From a virus: a stretch of 64,000 bases of DNA. Location of the stretch: positions 25,457 through 89,456 of the IMG/VR virus record IMGVR_UViG_3300049489_000993, one strand, 5' to 3'. Positions within the stretch are counted from its first letter, which is position 1; each line of letters starts with the position of its first letter. The translations under genes and the position numbers were made by a program. Shown piece by piece: positions 46,701 to 54,278 of this stretch. A model generated the notes under the pieces. It was not told where the DNA came from, made no database searches, and was given only the letters and a program-made list of their open reading frames with translations.

Positions 46701-47339
46701 GCCGGCGAAGGCGTCCAGCTCGCCGCCCTTCCACGGAGGCGGCTTGGGGCCTTGTTTCTGCTTCCACCTGATGTAGGCGGCATCGGCGCGGGCGAAGTCG
46801 TGGTCATCGACGCCGGCGGCCTCGAGTAGCTCTTTGAACAGGGCACCGCGACTCTTGGGGAGCGCATCGGCCTTTGTGTGCTGGGCTTGGAGCGTGTCTT
46901 CGTCGGCGCGGCGCTGCTCGGCGCGAGGCTTGATCTGAAGCTTGTCGAGGGCGGCACGCGCCTGCTTCTTCTGCTTGTCGCTGCCGGTCTTTTCCGCTTG
47001 CTCGTGGACGTCGCGCGCCTTTTCGTGCGCGGCTTGGATCGCTTCCGTGTGCTCGCCGGCCAGCATGTCGCGAAGTTGGCCGACTTTCACCTTGCGCGTC
47101 GTGCCGGTCTCGTCGTGCTTGATGGTGACGCGGCCGGTCTTGTGTACCTTCGTGACCTCGTAATGGCCTTCCTGCCCAGCGTCGGTGACGCGCACCTTCT
47201 CGCCGATGGCGGGGGTGGGTCCGCCCGCCACGACGGCGTGCGCGGCGCTGTAGAGGTAGCGGTAGGGGCGCTGTGGATTGCCCGTGGGAATCCTGCGGAG
47301 GTACTTGTGTCCGGCGCCTTTTTCGAGGTCTAGAGCCAA
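43770..47339 (-). CDS. Large polyvalent protein with C-terminal LPD1 zincin-like (HExxH) domain
   Basis: LGVAFGARGHGGALAHYEP...INLTRNAGAGSLAHEWGHFLD...YWSSSKEMWARAFESYV; start codon uncertain (TTG). Confidence 0.75.
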   Translation of the reverse strand: MALDLEKGAGHKYLRRIPTGNPQRPYRYLYSAAHAVVAGGPTPAIGEKVRVTDAGQEGHYEVTKVHKTGRVTIKHDETGTTRKVKVGQLRDMLAGEHTEAIQAAHEKARDVHEQAEKTGSDKQKKQARAALDKLQIKPRAEQRRADEDTLQAQHTKADALPKSRGALFKELLEAAGVDDHDFARADAAYIRWKQKQGPKPPPWKGGELDAFAGDAKATGKSGKLKAKKFSGLFEAFVEASKGAKTYADIEAKILPKLRDTPGFENARLPDHVFDRRVQEHAEREDVASKYEKPKAHAASDAAEPEYGGDTSFDFGANVGEKFAASERGVWLDLRKGEKGAQMPGHRYIRRTPRPGGGYDYEYAETSHSKEDLRGAPAGSKIEVTYNGHPMTATKHGPGDDWKLDGGGDIAAGWFVGKPHTLTLPGGTEHKEPMKAPADSPPVSAGKPAPPLVLTAHKVQQGLFSPSAFEKKPAPKEPSLSDDKRQQGLFVAPPAPAPSPAKESAPEPAQAAEALKPSRASTEFRAEFEAVRAKHRAKLAALETAVAPKATEDAAAKEAAKTIADDPVLSEGQQLLTPKGSATFGSDKTLATALLETTSKQREWAHGRHIWGSAKDKRDAMALIEQGRLGELSHEAAATLINRASLMPSFDSDDARTRGVSPGAAHMIQAMTALVAPKPADTKPETIDAYARGIRIVAASLQNAKTRKDVEGVILDLRRMVSTGKELGRYATKEEAQAAAIAHGVHASVNSEYMDSKTTYVVEDKNPATKEAILALGQRFAVQTGLGSYRRDRFYAAGPYGTTWGGMGYGKVFADASNLAKEADAKGEDGWAHVGATKAADSAARAGKAKETRIPPWRRTVPERPEVVKPKVEIKHGDRDRFGSAFGVAVQRGESISDKDLEHHLRHAEMAFHDMADVLGIDPKHMSFKGRLGVAFGARGHGGALAHYEPLTKAINLTRNAGAGSLAHEWGHFLDNVLHETQSSRAGAKEPYISEGTTGLPPDLAAAVKDVYDAMHKHPDPVVARAAWKATKDANAKRLEAAKAAITGTTGEARSKAIDEHNAIAEEHNAHVRTNWDASEFSRDAQGRDSGKSKRYWSSSKEMWARAFESYVFDKLKEQGRFNSYLVHGVTGRPGAPYPDGDERERVNVAFDKFFSLLRAGKHLEKALRFLESRPLSGGPRLVLDLKKAG

Positions 47340-47353
47340 CGTCGCGGCAGACG

Positions 47354-48250
47354 TCAGCCCTGCGTAAAACCCTTTTGTGCTTCGTCGCCTCCCTGGTCGG
47401 GGTCAAAGCCCTCGTAATCGGGTGGGGGCTCTGGCGGCCCTTCGGCGAGCTTCAAGAGCTGCTGCACCTTGTGGGCAATGGTGGCGACGGCCTCGGGTTT
47501 GGGGTCGGCGAGGGCGTCTCGCATCTCGGACTTGATCTCGTTGTGGAGGTGGACCATTGCGGCCGAGCCGCCGATGCTGGCTTGGGCGTGTTGCATCTTT
47601 TGGTGCAGGACGTGGATCTTTTGCTTCAAGAGCTTGGGGTCGGCGGGCTGTTCTTCGAGCCGGCCTTGGTCCATGAGAGGGACCGCGGGGTCGGGCTTGC
47701 CGGGCTGTTGTTGCTGCTGCGCTCCTTTGCCGACGGGCTTTTTGCCGGGAAACTTCCCGTTGCGCGGGGCACCGGGCTTCTGGGCCTGCTGGCCTGGCGC
47801 GAAGGCTTTGGCGAGGTGCGGGGAGAGAGGCTTTCCGCCGTGCTTCTGCCGGTAGAACGAAACGATACGCCGGCCAAGCTCGGCGCGCAGCGAGGGTTCA
47901 ATCTTCTCGGCGCGGAGGTCCGCGACCATGCCCTTGCGCAAGTGCATCTCGCTCGTGGCCTTCCCGACCATGCGTGCGACCCGGTGCGCCCACAGGGTCT
48001 CGTCGTTTGACTGGAACCCGAGCCCTTTGACGACGTCGTACGGCGAGGTGAAGTTGCCGTCGTTCAGGAGCAACTTAGCCTCCGGCATCTCGGTGTAGAG
48101 CTTGTCGTGCTCGCGCTGCGCGGCGCGGTACTGCGGAATCATTGACGCGGCGCCAGGGAAGCGCGTCCAGGGGCGCTGCGAGTTGTTCGCCCCCCACATG
48201 GTTTGCAGCGCCTGCGACTTTTCAAGGTCAAGATTCAGCTTCGGTGCCAT
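47354..48250 (-). CDS. Hypothetical head-module protein
   Basis: ATG 48250 just after TerL stop; MAPKLNLDLEKS; several xxK[SAG] motifs. Confidence 0.65.
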   Translation of the reverse strand: MAPKLNLDLEKSQALQTMWGANNSQRPWTRFPGAASMIPQYRAAQREHDKLYTEMPEAKLLLNDGNFTSPYDVVKGLGFQSNDETLWAHRVARMVGKATSEMHLRKGMVADLRAEKIEPSLRAELGRRIVSFYRQKHGGKPLSPHLAKAFAPGQQAQKPGAPRNGKFPGKKPVGKGAQQQQQPGKPDPAVPLMDQGRLEEQPADPKLLKQKIHVLHQKMQHAQASIGGSAAMVHLHNEIKSEMRDALADPKPEAVATIAHKVQQLLKLAEGPPEPPPDYEGFDPDQGGDEAQKGFTQG

Positions 48251-48254
48251 GCGC

Positions 48255-51110
48255 CTACCTCGGGCCGAAAAAAGGCTGTGCAGTCCATACCATGCCCGCG
48301 TCCTCAGAACCGCCGAGGTCTCCAGACGCGCCAGACGGATTCTGCCCGGAAACGTCGGTTGAGTCATGCGCCTGGGCGAGCTGGGCCGACAGACTCATAT
48401 GTGCGGCCACGCGGGCGTCTTCGTCGCCGAACGACGCCGAGAAGCCGCCGCGTCGGATGGCCTGGTCGGCAAAAAAGCACGCCATGACGAGGTCATCATG
48501 GGAGCCGACGCCTTGCACCTTGCCGTCAATGAACGAGAACGCCTGCATCTCAGCAATCCACATCCGCGCCTTTTCCACGCTTTGTTGATCTCCCATCGGG
48601 ATGCGGAACTTTTGGTTCTCGAGGAGGGGGCGCAGTGAGGGAACGCCCTTCTCGAGGTCGTTCTTGTTCGCCGTTTGGGACATCGCGGCGCCCGTGCCCT
48701 TGCCTCGCCCGATCGTGGTGAACTTCTTGACGGGGATGTCGGTGGTGCGAATCAGCTCGTCGCCCCACACACGCTGCGCGGCGTTCGCCTCGACGAACAC
48801 CAACTGCGCGTCGTAGCGGCGGGAATACTCCACGATCAGATCGAGCTGGCGTCGAAAGGGCAGCCCCTTGTCGCGGTAGATGTCGACCACCCAACGGTTG
48901 CCGTCGCCATCGACACCCAGCACGAAAATCACGAAGTAGTCCGCGCCTGTCTCGGCGCTCATGGCGATGTCGACGCCGACGTAGCAGCGGATGCCGAGGG
49001 CGGCCCAGAAGGCGGCGGGCATGCCCATCTTGACGGTGTATTGGCGTGTTGGATCTCCGTCGAAGAGGTGGGACGGGAACAGGGACATGGAATCGGAGAA
49101 GGGGCGCACGAGGTATTCGCGCGTGAACCGAACGGAACCGATCTCCTGCTCCTTGAGCTTCAAGGCGGCGGCGTCGTAACGGAGGGGCCAAAGGGGCTCG
49201 CCGGTGACGGGATCAAGAGCGGGTTTTTCCCACATTGTGTAGACGCCGCTCTCGCGGAGCTTGGCGTACAAATCTGCGACGTGCAGGGGCGTCCCAATGG
49301 TGCCTATCTGTCCACCGGGGATGATCATGTTCGAGACAGCAGAATAGTAGTAGTCGATTTGTTTGTTGCGAATCGTTTCAGACGTGATTGTGTCGTCTGT
49401 TAGTATATCGTCGTTGACGATCCAATGCGGATGACCACCACGCACCTTGACACCGAAACCGCGGGCTCGGATCTCTACGCCGGTGGTGAGGCGGATGCGC
49501 TTCCTGCTCCAGGTGCGCCCATAGTCGCTGGGGACGAGGTGTTGCAGCTTGCGGTTGTGAATCAGCTCGTCGGTGACGCCCTCGAGCATTTCGACGGCGC
49601 GCTCCTGATTCGCAGAGAACACGTAGCCAATCTCGCCGGGGTTACCGAACATAGCCTTCCAGATCGGGAATGCTTTGTTGATATAATGGCTGTTGTGCGT
49701 GATGACGTCGTTCCCAATGTAGTTCTCTAGCCGGGGCACATCGAGACAGTAGGTTTCAAGCTCCCCCGCGTCTTCGATCGAAACAATCTCGTCCCACAGC
49801 ACCTCGGCGTCCGCAAAGCCACGCAGCGCGGTGTCACCGGTCGCATCAGCGATTGCGCGCGCTTTGCCTCGAGTCATGTCGTAGCCGCGGTTGAACCGGG
49901 GTAGCCCACGTTTGCGGAGCCAATCCTCACTCTTAGAAATGAGCGTACACACCTCTTTTGGAAGCAAGTCGACCGACCCGCCTTCATCTTTCGTCGCTTG
50001 CAAGCGAGCGAGCGCCTGCACAACGACACGCCGGGAGCCGCGCACAGGCACCCGCTCGGCGAAGGTCACCACTGAGCGACCCCGAATCGTGATGCGCCAC
50101 GAGTGATGGTCGGCGCCCTTATATTTGCCGAGCTTGCGTGTGAGCACGCCGACGACCCCAAGTCGGCAGAGCAAATGCTGTACGTCGCGAAGCAAGTGCT
50201 CGGACACCGAATAGTATTCGAGCATCCCGCCGCCATGCGTGGACGCATGTCCATCAGAATCGAAATAGCCGGCCAGGAACGCAGCGGCGTCTTCCAGAGG
50301 TGCCGTGAAAATCGCTTTCGGCACACGTTTTTCGTATGCCGTACCAACGATGCCGTGACGACGAACGAAGGCAGCACAGCTCGTGCCGTCCTTTCGCTTG
50401 TGGTTCGTTAGCAGGTATGTCGGTCGCCCGGCTGTCGGCTCAACGACCCATCCGCGGGAGAGCGTGGCCACGATCAAGGCAGCATGCACATCGGGATCTG
50501 TCGTTGTCACCGACGGCGTCGACATGACGGTACAGCCGTCCCCCACGAGGAGCCCCAACAACCACGCTTCATGCTCGTCGAGCGCGGCGGTTCCAGCCAC
50601 GGGCAAAGTACGCGGGACCGCAACGCGGTCACCCACGTTTAGCGCGGCTGCTTCTTGCCAGCGATCCCACAACCGCCAACGATGGTTCAACGTCGTGACG
50701 TCGACGCGGCCCGTCCTCGTTGTAACGCGCACACAGCGTTGCACACCGCTAGGGCGGGACGGCGACGCGTCGGCGCGCACAAGGGCGTGCGTATCAGGGT
50801 CATACGCGATGATCCCCCCGCCCGCCCACTCTTCGATGGGGACGCGGACGCCATCGACGCGAAGCACAAACGATCCGACCGCGCGACATTTCCCATGGTC
50901 TCGCGGAGCCAATATACAAAAGCGCCGCGCCTTCGTGACGATGTCATCCCACTCGAGGTGGTGCTGGGCGATGACGAAGCGCCCAAAATAGGGCGCTTCA
51001 GGCGGGCCTCGCAAGTTCTTGCTTGCGAAATAAGCGCAGCTCGCGCGCTGCATGCGCTGCTCGAGGGCGCGAGCTTCCTCGGTCGAGAGCTTCGAGGCGT
51101 CAAACGTCAA
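48255..51110 (-). CDS. terL: Terminase large subunit (intein-containing)
   Basis: Walker A APRDHGK|S, VRGGHP, Walker B IVNDDIL, IGTP, nuclease YVGVDIA...DYF, HDDLVMA. TTG 51110 overlaps endolysin TGA. Confidence 0.92.
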   Translation of the reverse strand: MTFDASKLSTEEARALEQRMQRASCAYFASKNLRGPPEAPYFGRFVIAQHHLEWDDIVTKARRFCILAPRDHGKCRAVGSFVLRVDGVRVPIEEWAGGGIIAYDPDTHALVRADASPSRPSGVQRCVRVTTRTGRVDVTTLNHRWRLWDRWQEAAALNVGDRVAVPRTLPVAGTAALDEHEAWLLGLLVGDGCTVMSTPSVTTTDPDVHAALIVATLSRGWVVEPTAGRPTYLLTNHKRKDGTSCAAFVRRHGIVGTAYEKRVPKAIFTAPLEDAAAFLAGYFDSDGHASTHGGGMLEYYSVSEHLLRDVQHLLCRLGVVGVLTRKLGKYKGADHHSWRITIRGRSVVTFAERVPVRGSRRVVVQALARLQATKDEGGSVDLLPKEVCTLISKSEDWLRKRGLPRFNRGYDMTRGKARAIADATGDTALRGFADAEVLWDEIVSIEDAGELETYCLDVPRLENYIGNDVITHNSHYINKAFPIWKAMFGNPGEIGYVFSANQERAVEMLEGVTDELIHNRKLQHLVPSDYGRTWSRKRIRLTTGVEIRARGFGVKVRGGHPHWIVNDDILTDDTITSETIRNKQIDYYYSAVSNMIIPGGQIGTIGTPLHVADLYAKLRESGVYTMWEKPALDPVTGEPLWPLRYDAAALKLKEQEIGSVRFTREYLVRPFSDSMSLFPSHLFDGDPTRQYTVKMGMPAAFWAALGIRCYVGVDIAMSAETGADYFVIFVLGVDGDGNRWVVDIYRDKGLPFRRQLDLIVEYSRRYDAQLVFVEANAAQRVWGDELIRTTDIPVKKFTTIGRGKGTGAAMSQTANKNDLEKGVPSLRPLLENQKFRIPMGDQQSVEKARMWIAEMQAFSFIDGKVQGVGSHDDLVMACFFADQAIRRGGFSASFGDEDARVAAHMSLSAQLAQAHDSTDVSGQNPSGASGDLGGSEDAGMVWTAQPFFGPR
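49692..50888 (-). mobile_element. Intein (399 aa) with in-frame LAGLIDADG homing endonuclease in TerL Walker A
   Basis: Starts GK|CRAVGS, block B TTLNHRW, LAGLIDADG motifs WLLGLLVGDG and FLAGYFDSDG, ends TYCLDV...YIGNDVITHN|S. Confidence 0.9.
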
Positions 51111-51583
51111 GCGGGCAGCCCCGCCGAGTAGACCATCTTGCCGTTGGGGCCGCGCGTAGCGGTCAGGACTTGGTGCCTGGGGTGCGCCGTGTGCGAGACG
51201 TGAACCCACCCGCTGTTTGGATCGCCGAGGGTGTGGGCTTCGAGGATGACCTGATCGAAGGGGAGCCCGAGGGCGACAACGGCTTGCGCCAGCGCGAGGT
51301 TGCTCAGCCCGTCTACCTCGATGTCGGCGGCTTCTCCGCGTACGTGTTGGGAGGTGGGCGCCCCGCCGACGGCGGCATTGGCTTGTGGGCCGCGGTAGCC
51401 GCTGTTGACGCGGATCGACTTGCCTACGTGGCCCCGCAAGGGTTCAAGCACGGTCGCGCATAACGCCTTGAGAGCTGCGATCGCTTCCGGGGGTGGGTCG
51501 TTAGGGAAGCCTTTGCGAGCGGCGGCCTCAGACCGGCACAGCTCGCGGAGCGTGAAGTGTGGCGACAGGAGGGTGTCTGGCAT
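51107..51583 (-). CDS. Peptidase M15A (Zn-dependent) endolysin
   Basis: LSPHFTLRELCRS, LEPLR, VNSGYR...NAAVGGAPTSQH..GEAADI, FDQVILE, WVHVS. Confidence 0.88.
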   Translation of the reverse strand: MPDTLLSPHFTLRELCRSEAAARKGFPNDPPPEAIAALKALCATVLEPLRGHVGKSIRVNSGYRGPQANAAVGGAPTSQHVRGEAADIEVDGLSNLALAQAVVALGLPFDQVILEAHTLGDPNSGWVHVSHTAHPRHQVLTATRGPNGKMVYSAGLPA

Positions 51584-51588
51584 GCGGT

Positions 51589-51612
51589 CTCCGGGCCGAG
51601 TGTAGCCCGGAG
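51589..51612 (-). promoter_or_regulatory. Hairpin sequestering endolysin SD, with -10-like TACACT in loop
   Basis: CTCCGGGC-TACACTCG-GCCCGGAG then ACCGC ATG; the GGAG SD lies in the 3' arm. Confidence 0.55.
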
Positions 51613-51617
51613 CGCGT

Positions 51618-51869
51618 CTACTTTGACAGGACGGCGGCGGCGAGGGTTTCCACTACGCCGACCATTTTGCGGGTGGCGGCGAGTATTTCGCCGGTCTGGG
51701 CGTGGCCGTGCTCGGCGGCCTTTTGGAAATGCTTGATGGTCTCGACGGCGCCGAGGGCGACGGACGCGGCGTCGTCGGCGCGCTTTTCGGCGTGAGAGGC
51801 GCGGGCCTCTACAGCAACGACGTGGTTTTTGAGGTCCGTCAGCTCGCGCATGATGTCGGCATCCAGCAT
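51618..51869 (-). CDS. Hypothetical coiled-coil protein
   Basis: 83 aa ORF, phage codon usage. Confidence 0.55.
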   Translation of the reverse strand: MLDADIMRELTDLKNHVVAVEARASHAEKRADDAASVALGAVETIKHFQKAAEHGHAQTGEILAATRKMVGVVETLAAAVLSK

Positions 51870-51923
51870 GGGGGGTGACGTATCAGGCGGGCTCGCGGGT
51901 GGGCAAGCGCACTGCGGCGGATG

Positions 51924-52088
51924 TCACTCCGCGGGCCACAGCTCGGCCAGAATGTCGGAGACGGCGAGGTCGCCGGGAAGGCGCTCGAACGCGAGCTTGC
52001 AGGCTTGGTCGCGCGGGAGGTTGCCTTCGTACTCCATGAGGGCAGCGCGCTCTTGCAGCCAGTCGATGGCGTCGTCGGAAAGGGTCAT
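51924..52088 (-). CDS. Small hypothetical protein (54 aa, absent from ORF track)
   Basis: MTLSDDAIDWLQERAALMEYEGNLPRDQACKLA...; ERAAxMEYxG motif common in small phage proteins; ATGA overlap. Confidence 0.6.
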   Translation of the reverse strand: MTLSDDAIDWLQERAALMEYEGNLPRDQACKLAFERLPGDLAVSDILAELWPAE

Positions 52089-52330
52089 ACTGAGGTCCGG
52101 GGGAGCTGTTCGCGGGCGGTCTCGACGGAGCCTGGGAACAGGACGCGGCCGGCAACGTGCATTTGCCAGTCCTTGAAGGTGAGGAAGCGCCGGATGCCGA
52201 TGGCGGCGTACTTGGGGTCGCAGAAGATGCCCGCGGCGATGTCGTGAGCGGGTGCTGCGGACAGGATGCGATCGTCGTCGGTCAGGACGAAGTGGTCGTC
52301 TTGGGCGCGGTAGGTGAGCGCGAGCGTCAT
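52085..52330 (-). CDS. Hypothetical protein
   Basis: MTLALTYRAQDDHF..., packed ORF. Confidence 0.5.
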   Translation of the reverse strand: MTLALTYRAQDDHFVLTDDDRILSAAPAHDIAAGIFCDPKYAAIGIRRFLTFKDWQMHVAGRVLFPGSVETAREQLPRTSV

Positions 52331-52334
52331 GGGG

Positions 52335-52535
52335 TCACCTGGGGAATAGTTGGTCGGCCTTGTCGACGAGGTCGTCAAGGATATCGATGAGGTCGCCGGG
52401 CTGGGTGTATTGGTCGGCGAGGGCGGCGCGATAGCGGGCGCTGGCGTCGAGGAGGAGGGCTTTGGCGGCGTCGCGTTCGTCGGTGGTGGTGCGGAGGGCG
52501 CCGCGCAGGGCTTGGATCTCGGTGTCGTTGTCCAT
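52335..52535 (-). CDS. Hypothetical protein
   Basis: 66 aa; ATG overlaps upstream TGA. Confidence 0.5.
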   Translation of the reverse strand: MDNDTEIQALRGALRTTTDERDAAKALLLDASARYRAALADQYTQPGDLIDILDDLVDKADQLFPR

Positions 52536-53200
52536 CAGTAGAGCCCTCCGGGGTCAGGGAGGGCAGTGTCGTGCGCGGGGGCGGTGGGGGCAACCCCGTG
52601 TGATCGCAGGATGCGCTCCACGTCGTCGGCGGAGGTGAAGGCGCTCCACAGGAGCTTCACGACGGGCACGGTTTTGTCGTTCCAGCGGGCGACGTTGTCT
52701 TTGAAGGCGTGCGCGTGCGCTTGGCGGGCCTTCTCGAGGTAGTCCAGGGTGACGGTGCGCTCGGCTTCGCGCCCGCGCTTGTGGATGCGCTCCAGCACCA
52801 TCTCGCTTGGGGCGTCGAGCCAGACGATGAGGTCGGGCGGGTCGAGGGATTCGGTCAGGCGGCGAAAGGTATCGAGGTAGAGCGCGGCCTCGGCGCCTGA
52901 GATGTTGCCCTCGGCGATGTGCAGCGTCGCAAAGGTGAGGTCGCCCAGGAGCGATCGATCAAACAGGTGGACGCGGCTTTGGTCGAGCTGGGCCTGCATG
53001 TGTTGGGCTGCGCGCTGCATGAGCACAAAGAGCTGAAAAGTGCAGGCGTACGTCGCGGGAGCGCGGTAGTAGGCGGCGAGGAGCGGTGACGCGCCGGTGA
53101 CGGGCTCGAGGGCGGCTTGGTAGCCGGGCCGGCGTGCAAGCTCTTTGACGAGGGTGGTCTTCCCAATGGCGAGTACACCGTCGACCGCGATAATGGCCAT
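52535..53200 (-). CDS. Deoxynucleoside kinase
   Basis: IAVDGVLAIGKTT P-loop, EPV, YY, FQ, DRS, PDLIVWLDA, RIHKRGREAE, YLE; true start ATG 53200. Confidence 0.85.
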   Translation of the reverse strand: MAIIAVDGVLAIGKTTLVKELARRPGYQAALEPVTGASPLLAAYYRAPATYACTFQLFVLMQRAAQHMQAQLDQSRVHLFDRSLLGDLTFATLHIAEGNISGAEAALYLDTFRRLTESLDPPDLIVWLDAPSEMVLERIHKRGREAERTVTLDYLEKARQAHAHAFKDNVARWNDKTVPVVKLLWSAFTSADDVERILRSHGVAPTAPAHDTALPDPGGLY

Positions 53201-53202
53201 GC

Positions 53203-53451
53203 CTAATGGTAACGCGCGTCGTAGTGGTCGTGCATCATGCGCGCTTCTGCGGTACGGCGGCGGGCGTGCTGGCGGGCGTTCACGTCTTCCATCCAAACGC
53301 GAATCGCGCGAAGGCGCTCGGTGTCGGTGGCGAAACGCCCGACGAGGATGGCTTGCTCGCCGTTCCAGGTGAGCGTGCAGCCGTCGATTTGCAACGTCGG
53401 GCTCGCCGGGCTCACGCTGCGGCAAGGCACGATCGAGCCAGGACGCTTCAT
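53203..53451 (-). CDS. Hypothetical protein
   Basis: 82 aa packed ORF. Confidence 0.45.
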   Translation of the reverse strand: MKRPGSIVPCRSVSPASPTLQIDGCTLTWNGEQAILVGRFATDTERLRAIRVWMEDVNARQHARRRTAEARMMHDHYDARYH

Positions 53452-53567
53452 AGACGCCGCTCATATGTCTCGTGCATGCGAGCCATCGTCTCAGCAAAGC
53501 GCCAAGCACGCCGCCACGAACAGGGCAGCGTGCAAAACAGATTCAGCGCGATCCACAGCCGCATCAT
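53448..53567 (-). CDS. Small hypothetical protein (39 aa, absent from ORF track)
   Basis: MMRLWIALNLFCTLPCSW...; fills the gap exactly with ATGA overlaps at both ends. Confidence 0.45.
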   Translation of the reverse strand: MMRLWIALNLFCTLPCSWRRAWRFAETMARMHETYERRL

Positions 53568-54199
53568 GACGCCAGCACCCCTTGCACTTGGAGCCATTCA
53601 ATCTGCGCCCGCGTGCCCCCGTCGATGGCCTCCACCAGCATCCCGTCGCACGCAATGAGCTTGGCCCAGGTGAGCGTACCGTGCGGCGTCTCGAAGGCCG
53701 GGTAATGGGGGTGGGCAACGACCGGGCGGCTTTCAATGGCCGGGGGCGAATACGGGCGACGCTTGCGCACACGCTCCACAGGCGCCCGCCCTTCATCGCG
53801 AGCAACCTCCGCCGACGTCGAAATACGCTTGGCGTCCGAGAGGAACCCGAACGCTTGGGGGCCAGGGATGGGTTCGTCGGAGAACACCGCCCGCTGGCGT
53901 TCGAGGTCGCGGCGGCGTTGTTCGTCGACTGGCAAGCCGGAGTAGCGGTCACGCATGGGCGGCGGGGTGCCTGCGGACGGCGCGCGCAACGGCGAGCCGT
54001 CGAACACGACGGCGTCTTCACGGCACACCACAATCCCGCCGTGCAGTACCAGACTGCCTGCCACATCGGCGCGCTCGACGACGCCAAGCTTCCAAGGCTG
54101 CCCATGGGCGCCCACGGTTTTATTGCCGGCGACGATGTCCGCAAAAATCGCGCGATACGCGACGAGGACGCCTGGAGCGAACGGGCCATTCAGCGGCAT
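53564..54199 (-). CDS. Hypothetical protein
   Basis: 211 aa; GGAG SD upstream. Confidence 0.55.
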   Translation of the reverse strand: MPLNGPFAPGVLVAYRAIFADIVAGNKTVGAHGQPWKLGVVERADVAGSLVLHGGIVVCREDAVVFDGSPLRAPSAGTPPPMRDRYSGLPVDEQRRRDLERQRAVFSDEPIPGPQAFGFLSDAKRISTSAEVARDEGRAPVERVRKRRPYSPPAIESRPVVAHPHYPAFETPHGTLTWAKLIACDGMLVEAIDGGTRAQIEWLQVQGVLAS

Positions 54200-54278
54200 C
54201 GGTCTTTCTCCTCCCTTACGGGGCTCGCCAGCGCGAGCACACTCACCACACGCGCTGGCAGGTGACGCCGTCGACGGG

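Noticed and set aside
49800-50650. Out-of-frame gene inside the TerL intein
   Set aside because: The LAGLIDADG domain is in-frame; alternative-frame ORFs there are short and motif-free.
51111-51209. ORF-track N-terminal extensions (TerL from 51209; dNK from 53509; protease from 31443; 17050-gene from 18072, etc.)
   Set aside because: They overlap upstream genes or hairpins; downstream starts with SD or stop/start overlaps fit better.
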